Below, in pieces: positions 26,393-36,242 of a stretch of DNA of 64,000 bases. Made by a program: the position numbers and the translations under genes. The notes under the pieces are model-generated. The model was given only the letters and a program-made list of their open reading frames with translations. It was not told the DNA's origin and ran no database searches. This DNA comes from a virus (Duplodnaviria; Caudoviricetes): positions 1-64,000 of IMG/VR virus record IMGVR_UViG_3300025608_000017. One strand, given 5' to 3'. Numbering within the stretch: position 1 is the stretch's first letter; each line of letters opens with the position of its first letter.

Positions 26393-27241
26393 TTAGCCCT
26401 CAAACATAAGTTTTAGACTTGCAGGTCCCATAATACCGTCCGGTGTTAGTCCGTTTTCTTCCTGCCAAGCCTTTACGTGTGCTTCTGTGCCTTTACCAAA
26501 GATACCGTCTGCACCTATTTCCAATTCTTCTTGTACTGCTGCAACAGTTGGTCCTCTTGAACCTACACGCACTGTTTCATATACAATAGCAGCCGGATCA
26601 AAGTCACCGCCTAGTACATGCATAGCATGCTCATAGTGCTTTTCACGATCCTCTAAGCCAATGTAGCCACCGTTGATACGTTTTGTAGCACCTTTAACAT
26701 CACAAGCATCTGCATACTTGTTGATATTGTTTGTATCCCAGAACCAGCAAGCACTATCAAGTGCGCCTTTTTTAGTGCGTACATATTCGACAGCTTCTTC
26801 TGGCGACATTTCCATTTCTTCACCAAATTTAGTGTAGTTGTATCTGCCTGTCAACTGTAGTATGCCGCCGCCTCTAAAGCGCCATCCATCGCCACTATCT
26901 GTATCGCCGTTGTCCATTCTATCTGCATAGATTACATTTGCAATTTTACGTGGCTGTCTGTGATATTCTTGTGCATCTCTACCAGCACGTTTAAAATACT
27001 TACCAAACAGAGCATCAAGTGCTTTAGCTGAGTAGTTTAGGTTTTCAGTTAGTACTTTAAAGTTGTTTGATTCGTGTCCGCACTGTGCAATAAACATTGC
27101 CACACGCTCTGGTGTATCTACTTCCCATAGAGGGAGGATTTCGCACATTGCGTCATACCAGTCTTCTGCTTCTTCGTTACCACGAAGCATCTCAATTACC
27201 ATTTCTTCGGTAAATTCAAATTCAAAATCTTCAGCTGCCAT
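26393..27241 (-). CDS. endolysin: GH19 chitinase-like domain + peptidoglycan-binding domain
   Basis: FIAQCGHES, ENLNYSA, FRGGGILQLTGRYNY, TKRINGGYIGLEDR; C-terminal DGIFGKGT...WQEENGLTPDGIMG. Confidence 0.92.
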   Translation of the reverse strand: MAAEDFEFEFTEEMVIEMLRGNEEAEDWYDAMCEILPLWEVDTPERVAMFIAQCGHESNNFKVLTENLNYSAKALDALFGKYFKRAGRDAQEYHRQPRKIANVIYADRMDNGDTDSGDGWRFRGGGILQLTGRYNYTKFGEEMEMSPEEAVEYVRTKKGALDSACWFWDTNNINKYADACDVKGATKRINGGYIGLEDREKHYEHAMHVLGGDFDPAAIVYETVRVGSRGPTVAAVQEELEIGADGIFGKGTEAHVKAWQEENGLTPDGIMGPASLKLMFEG

Positions 27242-27250
27242 TTTCTATCC

Positions 27251-27985
27251 TTATAATATAATGCGTTCAAGTACTAAAGTTTGATCATCGTTTTCAAACG
27301 TTAGCTTACTGCCATATTTAGTAATGTTGTAGTCGCCAATGTACTTAGAAAGGAAAATAATTTCACTAAAGTCGTTTGCATTAAAGGATTCAGTAATAGA
27401 ATCAAGTGTTTTTTGTGTAGGCCCAAAGTCTACAAATTTAAATGCAATTGGATCTGCCCATGCTTTTTTAATAGTGAGCATGTCTCCCCACATGGTTACG
27501 TTTTCAACCATGCTCTTGTTAAAGAAATTTGTATAGTTGTTTAGAGACTCTGACAAGTCGCCGCGAATGTCACTATCCACACCGTATAGGTCTGCTTCAA
27601 GTGGAATTGTTTCTTCAAGTTCTTCAAGTGTTAAAGGCTTACTGCGGAACTCTTTGTAGTAGCGAAATTTAATATCTCCCATTCCAGTTAGATTTTCCAA
27701 ACCATTAGCCAGTTCCATAATTTGCTCACCAACAGCATCGTCTCTTTCAATTTCAACAAACACTTTATATGTGCCATCTGCTTGTTCGCCACTAGTAGCG
27801 TCAGCGTCAAGTACAAATGTGTATCCGCGTTCCATGAAACTTGCTAAATCATCGGCACTTTCTTTGGTCTTAGTAGCAAATGCAACAGTAACAATGTCCT
27901 TGTCAGCGCCCATTTTACTTTTGTAGCCGTCTATTTCTAAAATGTCGTCTACTAGGTCTTTTAAGTCGTATTGTTGCAAGCTCAT
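27251..27985 (-). CDS. hypothetical protein
   Basis: 244 aa acidic protein in a late operon. Confidence 0.7.
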   Translation of the reverse strand: MSLQQYDLKDLVDDILEIDGYKSKMGADKDIVTVAFATKTKESADDLASFMERGYTFVLDADATSGEQADGTYKVFVEIERDDAVGEQIMELANGLENLTGMGDIKFRYYKEFRSKPLTLEELEETIPLEADLYGVDSDIRGDLSESLNNYTNFFNKSMVENVTMWGDMLTIKKAWADPIAFKFVDFGPTQKTLDSITESFNANDFSEIIFLSKYIGDYNITKYGSKLTFENDDQTLVLERIIL

Positions 27986-28497
27986 TATATTCCTGCCTCC
28001 GCTGCTGGATCTGCTGCAACATCTGCAGGTTGCGCTTCTGGTGTGGGCTCAGGTGATTGTGTAGGATCAATAAATGCTGCTTCGATATAACCTGTGTAAA
28101 TATCTGCAATTAGTTTTTTAGGCATCTGAATTTCAACAATCCAAATTGGACGTCTATCTAGTTTGCCTTTTTTAGTACCTGGACGAATATCATCTTGTTT
28201 TTCAATTTTGCGCGGTTCAACAATATGACTTTTCTTGTATTTTACTTTACAGTCATAATCTAATAGACGTTTTCCACCCATTGGATCCGGCATGTTCTCA
28301 GCATCCCAAAAGAAACTACAAGTAACCCAATGTCTTTCAATTTTTGGACCTTCGGCTATTTCGCCATCTTTCCAGTTTTTGTAAACATAGATATCCAACT
28401 CATCCAACACCCGTTCAAAGTCCTTTAGTACATTGAAGGAAGTATTCGAATCATAGATAGATTCTACATTTTTAATAATATCTAAAACGTCATGCAT
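27985..28497 (-). CDS. hypothetical protein
   Basis: 170 aa; late promoter at 28526-28532. Confidence 0.7.
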   Translation of the reverse strand: MHDVLDIIKNVESIYDSNTSFNVLKDFERVLDELDIYVYKNWKDGEIAEGPKIERHWVTCSFFWDAENMPDPMGGKRLLDYDCKVKYKKSHIVEPRKIEKQDDIRPGTKKGKLDRRPIWIVEIQMPKKLIADIYTGYIEAAFIDPTQSPEPTPEAQPADVAADPAAEAGI

Positions 28498-28525
28498 ATT
28501 TAAAGTCCAGTCTCTTTACTATACT

Positions 28526-28532
28526 TATTTAT
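28526..28532 (-). promoter_or_regulatory. T4-type late promoter ATAAATA
   Basis: 29 nt upstream of start 28497. Confidence 0.6.
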
Positions 28533-28658
28533 CGCAGTTTAGGAGTTAAGTTATATTTTTATTCTGGCATCTCGATGATAAGTAATTGTGTAGGGAAGAT
28601 ATTTTCCGTACTGGAAAATAAAGTCCTTGCTAAATTATCCCACCAAGGAGGACACTTA

Positions 28659-29387
28659 ATGGGTGCTAAGAGAAAAGCTGCTGAAAAGCGCAATTCAAAC
28701 AAAGGCTACAACAATGTAGTCGATATTAAACCATTCCAAAAGCCTAAAAAACAGGTTGAAATACTTCCAAGAAATAGAAATCAAGAAAGCTACGTGTTAT
28801 CACTGCTCGATCAAACGAAAGACATAGTCTTTGGCATCGGTCCAGCAGGAACTGGCAAAACTCTATTGGCTGTGCAAGTAGCTGTCAAAATGTTTAAAGA
28901 AGGTGCTGTTGACAAGATTATTGTTACACGCCCGGCTGTTTCGGTTGACGAAGATTTAGGATTCTTACCAGGTACGCTAGAAGAAAAAATGGCACCATGG
29001 ACAAGACCTATCTTTGACGTACTAAAAGAGTATTTTAGTGCAGCTGAGATCACTGGAATGATTCAGGAAGGCATCATTGAAATATCACCATTAGCATATA
29101 TGCGTGGTAGAACTTTCAAGCGTTCGTTTATTTTAGCAGACGAAATGCAGAACGCAACACCAAACCAGATGAAGATGTTGTTAACACGTCTAGGCGAAGA
29201 GTCTATGATGGCAGTAACAGGCGATCTCAATCAAGCAGATAGATTAAAAGATAATGGCTTAATTGATTTTACTAATCGATTAGAAAACGGCAATCAATCA
29301 TGTTTGGACATAGTCCACTTTGCGCAAGGAGATATCGAAAGACACGCAGCAGTTAAGGCTGTCCTTCAAGTTTATGGTGATGAATAA
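28659..29387 (+). CDS. phoH: PhoH-like ATPase
   Basis: GPAGTGKT, TRPAV, LGFLPG, PLAYMRGRTF, DEMQNAT, GDLNQAD; SD AAGGAGG before ATG 28659. Confidence 0.93.
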   Translation: MGAKRKAAEKRNSNKGYNNVVDIKPFQKPKKQVEILPRNRNQESYVLSLLDQTKDIVFGIGPAGTGKTLLAVQVAVKMFKEGAVDKIIVTRPAVSVDEDLGFLPGTLEEKMAPWTRPIFDVLKEYFSAAEITGMIQEGIIEISPLAYMRGRTFKRSFILADEMQNATPNQMKMLLTRLGEESMMAVTGDLNQADRLKDNGLIDFTNRLENGNQSCLDIVHFAQGDIERHAAVKAVLQVYGDE

Positions 29388-29805
29388 CTTCAACATCTGA
29401 CTTGTTCAAAAAATCAATGCCCTGTGTGCTACGATATTCATTTTTGTAGTACACAGTGGCTATTCCACTTTGATATATTAGTTTAGCACAGTCAATACAA
29501 GGCTGGTGTGTAACAAACATTGTTGCACCCTCTCCGCTTTCGGGACTTTTTGCTAGTTTAGCAATTGCGTTAGACTCGGCATGTAGTACTTCTGGTTTAG
29601 ACTTTAGAATAGTATTGCCCCAATCGTCCTCACCATTCCATTCTTCGCAACAGTTGTCCCATCCTGCGGGCATGCCGTTATATCCAATAGATATAATACG
29701 ATCATCCTTAACAACAATAGCGCCCACTTGTAGACGCTGTGCTGAACTTAGTTGTGCAAAACGTTCTGCAACGTCCATGTATGCTTCAATAAACTTAGGT
29801 TTCAT
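29353..29805 (-). CDS. dCMP deaminase
   Basis: VGAIVVKD.RIISIGYNG, HAESNAI, PCIDC. Confidence 0.92.
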   Translation of the reverse strand: MKPKFIEAYMDVAERFAQLSSAQRLQVGAIVVKDDRIISIGYNGMPAGWDNCCEEWNGEDDWGNTILKSKPEVLHAESNAIAKLAKSPESGEGATMFVTHQPCIDCAKLIYQSGIATVYYKNEYRSTQGIDFLNKSDVEVIHHHKLEGQP

Positions 29806-30095
29806 TTTGACCATTCCAATATAAACATTGTTAATAATTTGTCTGTAGGTAAGATTAAAGTCATGCCCTGCATCTTGCATTTATTCTTAGAGCACCATGC
29901 TAATAGTTTATCGACAGTTTCTTCAGCACCCCAAAACTTGTAGTCTGTTAGAATTATTAAGTGTCCAGGGTCTTCGTGAAGCACACTGTCTGCTATAATG
30001 AATCGATTGATTTTCCAATCTGCAAGTATGTCTTCATTCATTTTAACAACATTAATAGGTATTCGTGTTTTGTGTATATTAGAGGCCAACTCCAC
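29802..30095 (-). CDS. hypothetical protein
   Basis: ORF in operon; start uncertain. Confidence 0.55.
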   Translation of the reverse strand: MELASNIHKTRIPINVVKMNEDILADWKINRFIIADSVLHEDPGHLIILTDYKFWGAEETVDKLLAWCSKNKCKMQGMTLILPTDKLLTMFILEWSK

Positions 30096-30265
30096 CCTTT
30101 GATAGGGGGACGTCCGTTTTGATCATATAGTATATGCACAATATGGTATTTTGTTAACCATATACGTTTTTTGCTAAAACTACTGTAAACAGGCAACCAA
30201 GCAAACTTTTCTTCATGTCGCTCTTGGTCGTTTAGCTTACTGCCGTAGTAACCATGTCCCATCAT
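30038..30265 (-). CDS. hypothetical protein
   Basis: 75 aa, KFAWLPV...RIWL pattern. Confidence 0.6.
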   Translation of the reverse strand: MMGHGYYGSKLNDQERHEEKFAWLPVYSSFSKKRIWLTKYHIVHILYDQNGRPPIKGWSWPLIYTKHEYLLMLLK

Positions 30266-31005
30266 TCTGGTAAATCTATGTCTTGGTGCTTAATTTTATA
30301 AGTTTTCTTTTCTTTAACATATTTGGTCCAGCCTTTAAATGTCATTTTGTGCATAGCTGTAATTGCATTATTTCGTATCCATGCTAATTCACTTGCATTG
30401 CCTGTTCTAAGAAGTACCGGATCTCTTTTAATAGGAATCATTTGTACCAGAGGATCGCCTTGTTTAATAAATGTATACTTGTTTTCTTTGAGCATTACAT
30501 TAATAGGAGAATGAAGTCCGCCGAGATCATGATCAATAATACCTGGCATCGCTTCAAAATTTACATCCTCATGATAAAACATCGGAAGATACAAAATACT
30601 CCATCCTTTTTTAGACCAAGTTCTCCATGGATTGTCTAATTTTAAAGGAGTTCTTACACGATATTTCTTTTCAAGAAAATCTCCAATTTGTTCTTTAGAA
30701 TGTATTGCATTATTATATGTTGGATCACTATATCTACCAAAGATATTGTCTCCTTGCGGAGTAAACTCCATGTCACACCATGCAGGTATCACATAACCTA
30801 ATGAAAGATAATCTTTAATACCTGGGCATGCTTTTACAGTTTTTATACTATCAATCATATGAGTTTGTTTATCAACAAACGCTGGTAAATTTTTAAAACG
30901 TGTTGGTAGAAAATTAGAAGCAGGTGTAATAGGTGCATATTTTCTTACAGCCCAATTATCACACTCGAAATTAATTTCAGGAGTTTTTTTAAAAAGATTA
31001 AACAT
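30262..31005 (-). CDS. hypothetical protein (possibly DUF6065-like), paralogue of 11794..12495
   Basis: KACPG...GYVIPAWCD, KLDNPW, MPGIID, KQGDPLVQMIP. Confidence 0.6.
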   Translation of the reverse strand: MFNLFKKTPEINFECDNWAVRKYAPITPASNFLPTRFKNLPAFVDKQTHMIDSIKTVKACPGIKDYLSLGYVIPAWCDMEFTPQGDNIFGRYSDPTYNNAIHSKEQIGDFLEKKYRVRTPLKLDNPWRTWSKKGWSILYLPMFYHEDVNFEAMPGIIDHDLGGLHSPINVMLKENKYTFIKQGDPLVQMIPIKRDPVLLRTGNASELAWIRNNAITAMHKMTFKGWTKYVKEKKTYKIKHQDIDLPE

Positions 31006-31893
31006 TTATACCGCCATCGGTGCTTTAATACTATCCATAGGATCGTAATTATTCAGTTTATATTGTGCAGGCACAGTCTTTACAAGCTCGTCTAAATTAG
31101 TAAACGCAGGCATTTCTAGTGTAGGACCAGCAACTGGTGTTCTTATAATCTGCTGCTTTACTTGTTCAAAGTGATTTTGGTAGATGTGACAATCGCCACC
31201 AGTCCAAACAAAGTCACCGACCTTCAACCCAAGAAGTTGTGCAAACATATGTGTGAGAAGACTGTAGCTGGCTATGTTAAAAGGTACACCCAAGAACATA
31301 TCAGCGCTGCGCTGATACAATTGACAACTTAGTTCACCGTCTTGAATATGAAACTGAAACATAGTATGACAAGGAGGCAATGCCATTACATTTACTCTGT
31401 CAGCATTCCAAGCACTTACAATATGACGTCTACTATTGGGGTCATAGTACATATTTTCCAGTACTTCTGCAATTTGATCTACAAATCCAAGTGCAGCATC
31501 CCAGGTTCGCCATTGATGCCCGTACACAGGTCCTAGGTCCTTTACTGTATCTGTGTTAACATAGCCTAGGTCTTTTGCTTGTTTGTTGGCATTAGCAGTC
31601 CATATGGTGTTTTTGCCCACTAGTTCTTCACGTGGCTTACCGTAATGTATCTCAGCTAGCCTACGTTCGTCACTTGAACCTTCCAAGAACCATAGCAGTT
31701 CACTTACTACACTCTTCCAAGCAAGCTTCTTTGTAGTAACAGCAGGAAATTCGTTGCGCAAATCAAAACGCATTTGATGTCCGAATACACCGCGTGTGCC
31801 TACACCTGTTCTGTCGTCACGATCTTTGCCATGTAGTAAAATATGATGTAATGCGTCTAAATACTGTTTCAATCTGCTTTCCTTTTCTTCCAA
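31006..31893 (-). CDS. thyA: thymidylate synthase
   Basis: DRTGVGT, LGPVYGHQWR, ALPPCH, YQRSADMFLGVPFNIASY. Start may be TTG near 31872. Confidence 0.95.
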   Translation of the reverse strand: MEEKESRLKQYLDALHHILLHGKDRDDRTGVGTRGVFGHQMRFDLRNEFPAVTTKKLAWKSVVSELLWFLEGSSDERRLAEIHYGKPREELVGKNTIWTANANKQAKDLGYVNTDTVKDLGPVYGHQWRTWDAALGFVDQIAEVLENMYYDPNSRRHIVSAWNADRVNVMALPPCHTMFQFHIQDGELSCQLYQRSADMFLGVPFNIASYSLLTHMFAQLLGLKVGDFVWTGGDCHIYQNHFEQVKQQIIRTPVAGPTLEMPAFTNLDELVKTVPAQYKLNNYDPMDSIKAPMAV

Positions 31894-32363
31894 ATTTCAA
31901 AAGTTACATCGTCGTGTGCTTCTGACCAAGTTTTTTCAAACAAACTTTCAATTTTTCTAATAGGCAAGTGTGCATCACACTCGTATGTGCCTGGAATACG
32001 ACTAATATAAAACTCGTCAATAACGCCCAGTGTCTGTTCAATAACATTAGGACCACCGATTACCCAAGTAATCAATCCACTGTACTTAGCTTCAACGCTG
32101 CGCACACCTTCAATAATATCACCGTTGACGAAATCATCTGCAAGCGGACAGTTTTCAGGCTTGCTGGTTACAACAACGTTCTTGCGTTTAGGCATAGGCT
32201 TTGGCATGTCCGGATCGAGATATGTTGCACTGCCCATTACCACTACATGACCTACAGTGTTGTCTTTGAACCATTGAAAGTCACGTTTGACGTGCGGCCA
32301 CGGAAGTGTGCCTTTGTTGCCTACTCCGCCGTTCTCGTCACATGCTAATATTGCTTTAATCAT
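31869..32363 (-). CDS. folA: dihydrofolate reductase
   Basis: [30 protein letters not shown]. Confidence 0.92.
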   Translation of the reverse strand: MIKAILACDENGGVGNKGTLPWPHVKRDFQWFKDNTVGHVVVMGSATYLDPDMPKPMPKRKNVVVTSKPENCPLADDFVNGDIIEGVRSVEAKYSGLITWVIGGPNVIEQTLGVIDEFYISRIPGTYECDAHLPIRKIESLFEKTWSEAHDDVTFEIWKKRKAD

Positions 32364-32707
32364 TCTATTACCTTTACTGGAATAATTCCAAATTCCTCAT
32401 ATTTATTAGGTACGCCATCAAATGCTTCATGATCTGTCATAGGGTCTTTTTCTTCTGTAATATTTACGCCCCATTCAGAAACTTCTCTATTAATAGCATC
32501 CCATTTTTCTCGTTCATCAAACTCAAGAGCACTATCTAATACAATGGCACTCACTGGACACTCTGGTTCACAAACACCACAGTCGATACATTCGTCTGGA
32601 TTAATTGCTAAAAAATTATCTGCTTCGTAAAAACAATCAACTGGACAAACTGAGATGCATGTTGTATGTTTGCATTGTACACAGTTGTCAGTTACTAAGT
32701 ATGTCAT
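32360..32707 (-). CDS. fdxA: 7Fe ferredoxin (FdxA/FdI type)
   Basis: [24 protein letters not shown]...[13 protein letters not shown]. Confidence 0.92.
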   Translation of the reverse strand: MTYLVTDNCVQCKHTTCISVCPVDCFYEADNFLAINPDECIDCGVCEPECPVSAIVLDSALEFDEREKWDAINREVSEWGVNITEEKDPMTDHEAFDGVPNKYEEFGIIPVKVIE

Positions 32708-33621
32708 TATAACCTCGCTAATCTAATTAATGTTGCGGCTAAGTTAATTTCTGGATCTGCAACTAATGCATGATCTACTAACCCTTGTTTAATAGTTAGC
32801 ACTGCGCTGTCCTGTTGTTCTTCGTTTCCGAACAGCTCGATGTTGTCATACAGCCAACGATAGATTTCATCCATCTCTTCTGGCAATACTTGGCTACAAA
32901 TAAGTTTACGTGCTTCTGTAATTTTACCTGCTTTAAACAAGTCCACCATCTCAAGTTTATAGTCACTTGTTGACGCATCTGCGTTCTTAGTAATCAGTGT
33001 ACCTGTTTGCGACTCCAATTGCACAGTGTTGATACATTTACGCAAGTCTGGATAGTAAGCCTTGACATACGTATCTAAGGTGTCTAGTTCAAACTGTACG
33101 CTCTCTGTAAGCAGGATCTCTGCCATACGTGCTGTAAACTCTACCTGATCAATCTTAGCAATGTGCATGTGCTGACAGCGACTGTGGATAGCTGGCATAA
33201 TCTTGTTAGGATAGTTACAGGTTAGGATAAAGCGCACACTGTGACTGTAGTCTTCCATCAAGTTACGTAGTGCAGGCTGCACACTGTTGATGTTCATGTA
33301 GTCTGCTTCGTCAATAAGCACAACCTTAAAGTCACCAAACGGCATAGTCTGACAGAATGTAATAAGTTTGTCAACCCATTCAATCTTACGTGCTTCTTTA
33401 GATCCGTTAGCAATCATAACGTCAGTGTCTTGCACATCAAGTTGATTGATAAGAATCTTAGCAATAGTTGTTTTACCTAGCCCTGCACTACCACTCAACA
33501 AAATATGCGGAATACTACCACTGTCAATCCAACCTTTGATTTGTTCACGCTGCGATTCGTCACGAAACACGTACCCATCTACACTTTTAGGACGATACTT
33601 TTCTACCCATAATTCTTTCAT
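32707..33621 (-). CDS. clamp loader AAA+ subunit (gp44/RFC-like)
   Basis: [25 protein letters not shown]. Confidence 0.92.
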   Translation of the reverse strand: MKELWVEKYRPKSVDGYVFRDESQREQIKGWIDSGSIPHILLSGSAGLGKTTIAKILINQLDVQDTDVMIANGSKEARKIEWVDKLITFCQTMPFGDFKVVLIDEADYMNINSVQPALRNLMEDYSHSVRFILTCNYPNKIMPAIHSRCQHMHIAKIDQVEFTARMAEILLTESVQFELDTLDTYVKAYYPDLRKCINTVQLESQTGTLITKNADASTSDYKLEMVDLFKAGKITEARKLICSQVLPEEMDEIYRWLYDNIELFGNEEQQDSAVLTIKQGLVDHALVADPEINLAATLIRLARL

Positions 33622-33625
33622 TAGT

Positions 33626-34129
33626 TTATCCTTCTGTTAAGTCGTACTTAAAGTTTTGTGTTGTACTGTTAATAGCAATTTGTTTTGCACCATTGCGTAT
33701 GTGAAAATGTGTAGCCATAGGAGTTAGCGGACTTAATGTTACTAGCGTTTTTATACTGTCTGATTTTCTCATTAGTTCGCCTACCTTGCCAATAAGTTCT
33801 TTTCCTGCGCCGCGCTTGCGACTCCATACAGTATAAGCAACTGCTGTATCTGCATCTTCTTTAAAATATGCGTTTTGACTCATAAGATCTAGTTCTTTAG
33901 TACTGCAAGGTATGTCATTTGTGTAAGCAATACAAATAATTCCTTCAATTTCATCTTGATACTTTAGCCCGTATATTTTTCTTCCATAGTTAGTACGCCA
34001 TTCTAAATCAAGTTCCGGACGTACCGGATCTTCACTTACATCAATATCTTCTAATTCAACTAGCTCAGTAACTTTAACCCATCCAAAGAAGTTGTCAATT
34101 TTATTCTTAAACTTTTTAACTTTACTCAT
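33626..34129 (-). CDS. hypothetical protein, GNAT-like
   Basis: YTVWSRKRGAGKELI resembles the acetyl-CoA binding motif A; FHIRNGA resembles motif B. Confidence 0.45.
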   Translation of the reverse strand: MSKVKKFKNKIDNFFGWVKVTELVELEDIDVSEDPVRPELDLEWRTNYGRKIYGLKYQDEIEGIICIAYTNDIPCSTKELDLMSQNAYFKEDADTAVAYTVWSRKRGAGKELIGKVGELMRKSDSIKTLVTLSPLTPMATHFHIRNGAKQIAINSTTQNFKYDLTEG

Positions 34130-34413
34130 TCGACCAACTTACTCCATATCTTTAGTTTATCACGTTTAGTAGCTATTCTAGCATCAATTTCTTCTTTTGT
34201 CAACAAGCCACACTCGATCATTAGATCAATCAAACATTGTACATCGCCCACTTCTTCTAGCAGTTTGGTGCGATTGTTGATTGCAATTTCGTTGTCTTCT
34301 AGTGCTTGTTCAATTGTATCAAACTTGCGAATAATTTTACTACAGCGTTGTGCAAGTTCGCCGCACTCTTCCATAGTAATAACCATAAGCTCTTGTAATT
34401 TGTTTAATGGCAT
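34126..34413 (-). CDS. MazG-like nucleotide pyrophosphohydrolase
   Basis: EECGEL...EEVGDV. Confidence 0.8.
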   Translation of the reverse strand: MPLNKLQELMVITMEECGELAQRCSKIIRKFDTIEQALEDNEIAINNRTKLLEEVGDVQCLIDLMIECGLLTKEEIDARIATKRDKLKIWSKLVE

Positions 34414-34952
34414 TAGCGTTGAACTCCTAGTTCTTTGTATGCAAACTGCACACCCTTTGCTTGGAAGTAAGCGTCTGCTAGTGCGTTGTGCAAGTCAGTC
34501 TGTTGCAGAACTTTGCGTGGATCGACTTTACAGCATCCGAAAAGTGTACGAGCATCTTTGATTTGCCAAAACTGCCAAGGAATGGGAACACCTAGCATAC
34601 GATACATATCTTCCATAATAGTCAAGTCAAAGCCATAGCCTTGTCCCCAGATAGTATCAACACCTACGCTCCATTTGCTTACTTGACGCAGTGCTTCTTC
34701 TACAGTCACAGCACCAGTCTGATCAAATGCTTCTTCCATTGCTTTAGGATCTTGTTTAGCCCACCATGCAATAGTATCATCGCTTGTGGTACGTCCTAAG
34801 CGATCCTGATCGTCTACACTAACTTTAAGATAGAGTTCACTGTGTGGCTCACTATCGTCAAATGGATTAAATTTGATTGCTCCTAAACTTAGTACAGTAC
34901 AACTGGGTTTTGTATCCAGTGTTTCTAAGTCAATCATTCCGTGAGTAGCCAT
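34413..34952 (-). CDS. DEDDh 3'-5' exonuclease (Rv2179c-like)
   Basis: IDLETL, GFDL, KDART, HNALADA. Confidence 0.85.
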   Translation of the reverse strand: MATHGMIDLETLDTKPSCTVLSLGAIKFNPFDDSEPHSELYLKVSVDDQDRLGRTTSDDTIAWWAKQDPKAMEEAFDQTGAVTVEEALRQVSKWSVGVDTIWGQGYGFDLTIMEDMYRMLGVPIPWQFWQIKDARTLFGCCKVDPRKVLQQTDLHNALADAYFQAKGVQFAYKELGVQR

Positions 34953-34954
34953 AA

Positions 34955-35116
34955 TTAGCCCTTCCTATTTTCTTGTCCAATGCCCGAGATGATAAGGAAT
35001 ATATAAAGAATAGGCCAAGCCCATCCAGTTAGGTATCCTGTAATGTGTAGTGTCATTAGTGCAATGCCTGTAAGTCCTGTTGTACCTAAGCCTGCTGTTT
35101 GTGGTGTAATTTTCAT
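34955..35116 (-). CDS. small membrane protein (53 aa)
   Basis: Manual: MKITPQTAGLG...WAWPILYIFLIISGIGQENRKG; SD AAGGAG; different frame from the track ORF. Confidence 0.65.
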   Translation of the reverse strand: MKITPQTAGLGTTGLTGIALMTLHITGYLTGWAWPILYIFLIISGIGQENRKG

Positions 35117-35139
35117 GAAAACTCCTTAGCTTTATACAT

Positions 35140-35168
35140 ATTATAACGTACAAATGCTAAGGAGTCAA
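35140..35168 (-). promoter_or_regulatory. sigma70 promoter TTGACT-N17-TATAAT
   Basis: Near-consensus, upstream of the nucleotide-metabolism operon. Confidence 0.75.
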
Positions 35169-35176
35169 GTGTTAAT

Positions 35177-35875
35177 TTAGATATTTTTTTCGTTATAAAT
35201 TTTGCTTCGAAAGTCGTTAGTCAAGTCAATCGGTTGTGACGAATTAAAACTATCAACAACTTTTTTAGCCAATACATAATGATTATCTATAGTCATATGA
35301 TTTAATCTAGGGTCAAACCCTGTTTTTCTATAAAATTTAACCAACGTTTCGGCAGAAGCAAATTCTGCATCACACACATGCTCTGTTAAATTTCCATACA
35401 CCCCTGGATAATCAGCAAACCCAGGAACTACTAAAAACTTTACACCAGGTCTTGAAATTATCAAATATTGTATAGCATAAACATATGCAGTATATTGTAT
35501 ATCGTCTAACTGATTATTCTGTAAGTGTGTGACATATTGTTTTAAAGCTAATTCGTGTTCTTTTGGATGTGCGCCAGATTTCATGTTGCTAAAGTTGCTT
35601 AGTGCAGGATCATCTGGAAAAAACCATTTTCTATTAGGACTTGTCGGCTGTATAATAACATAGTCATTTTTTGAAAAATTATTACAGTTCTCTATTAATT
35701 TTTTAAAAATGTAATCATTTGCTACGCCAAATTGCGAAAAGTTTTCAATGTTGTCTTGGTCAATATTTAAACTTTCTGCAACAAGGTCTAACCAATTTTT
35801 TTCATAATGCCATATATTCTCGTGTCTAAAAGAAGACCCGATACTATAACTATCTCCAAATACCCACAGTTTCAT
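35177..35875 (-). CDS. SGNH-hydrolase-like protein
   Basis: WVFGDSYS block I, GVAN block II, C-terminal NH. Confidence 0.55.
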   Translation of the reverse strand: MKLWVFGDSYSIGSSFRHENIWHYEKNWLDLVAESLNIDQDNIENFSQFGVANDYIFKKLIENCNNFSKNDYVIIQPTSPNRKWFFPDDPALSNFSNMKSGAHPKEHELALKQYVTHLQNNQLDDIQYTAYVYAIQYLIISRPGVKFLVVPGFADYPGVYGNLTEHVCDAEFASAETLVKFYRKTGFDPRLNHMTIDNHYVLAKKVVDSFNSSQPIDLTNDFRSKIYNEKNI

Positions 35876-35876
35876 A

Positions 35877-36233
35877 TTATGCTTTTACAAATTTGTCTAG
35901 TTCAGGCGCTTTCCAATTTGACGGTTTCAATACTTTCCCGTCTTCTCTCTTGCGCACTTTGCCAGTCTCTGGATCAATCTTTGCAAAGTTTGTGTCCATT
36001 ACTTCTTCCCATGCGCCTTCTCCGTCAAATCCGCCTGCTCTGATAGCACCCATAGTAACAACTAGGATATCTACTAGTGCATCAAGTTGTTCTACCTTGT
36101 CATCTGCTGCTACCGCTTCTACAAGCTCGCTTACTTCTTCGTCAATAAGCGACAAGTACATCTTGTAGTTTGCGTCACTAGGCTCTTGGTCACACGCTTT
36201 TTGAAACGTGTCAATATCTTTAAATGGATTCAT
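35877..36233 (-). CDS. all-alpha NTP pyrophosphohydrolase (PRA-PH/MazG superfamily)
   Basis: LIDEEVSEL, EQLDALVD, WEEV..TNFAK, GKVLKP. Confidence 0.82.
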   Translation of the reverse strand: MNPFKDIDTFQKACDQEPSDANYKMYLSLIDEEVSELVEAVAADDKVEQLDALVDILVVTMGAIRAGGFDGEGAWEEVMDTNFAKIDPETGKVRKREDGKVLKPSNWKAPELDKFVKA

Positions 36234-36242
36234 TTGTTCCTC

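Noticed and set aside
31006-31893. ThyA paralogue acting as a dCMP/dUMP hydroxymethylase to supply the GT acceptor
   Set aside because: It retains canonical ThyA motifs, including the dUMP-specifying Asn in PFNIASY, and is paired with DHFR.
34965-35153. Track ORF of 62 aa
   Set aside because: The alternative frame 34955..35116 has the SD, lies downstream of the promoter and encodes a coherent membrane protein.
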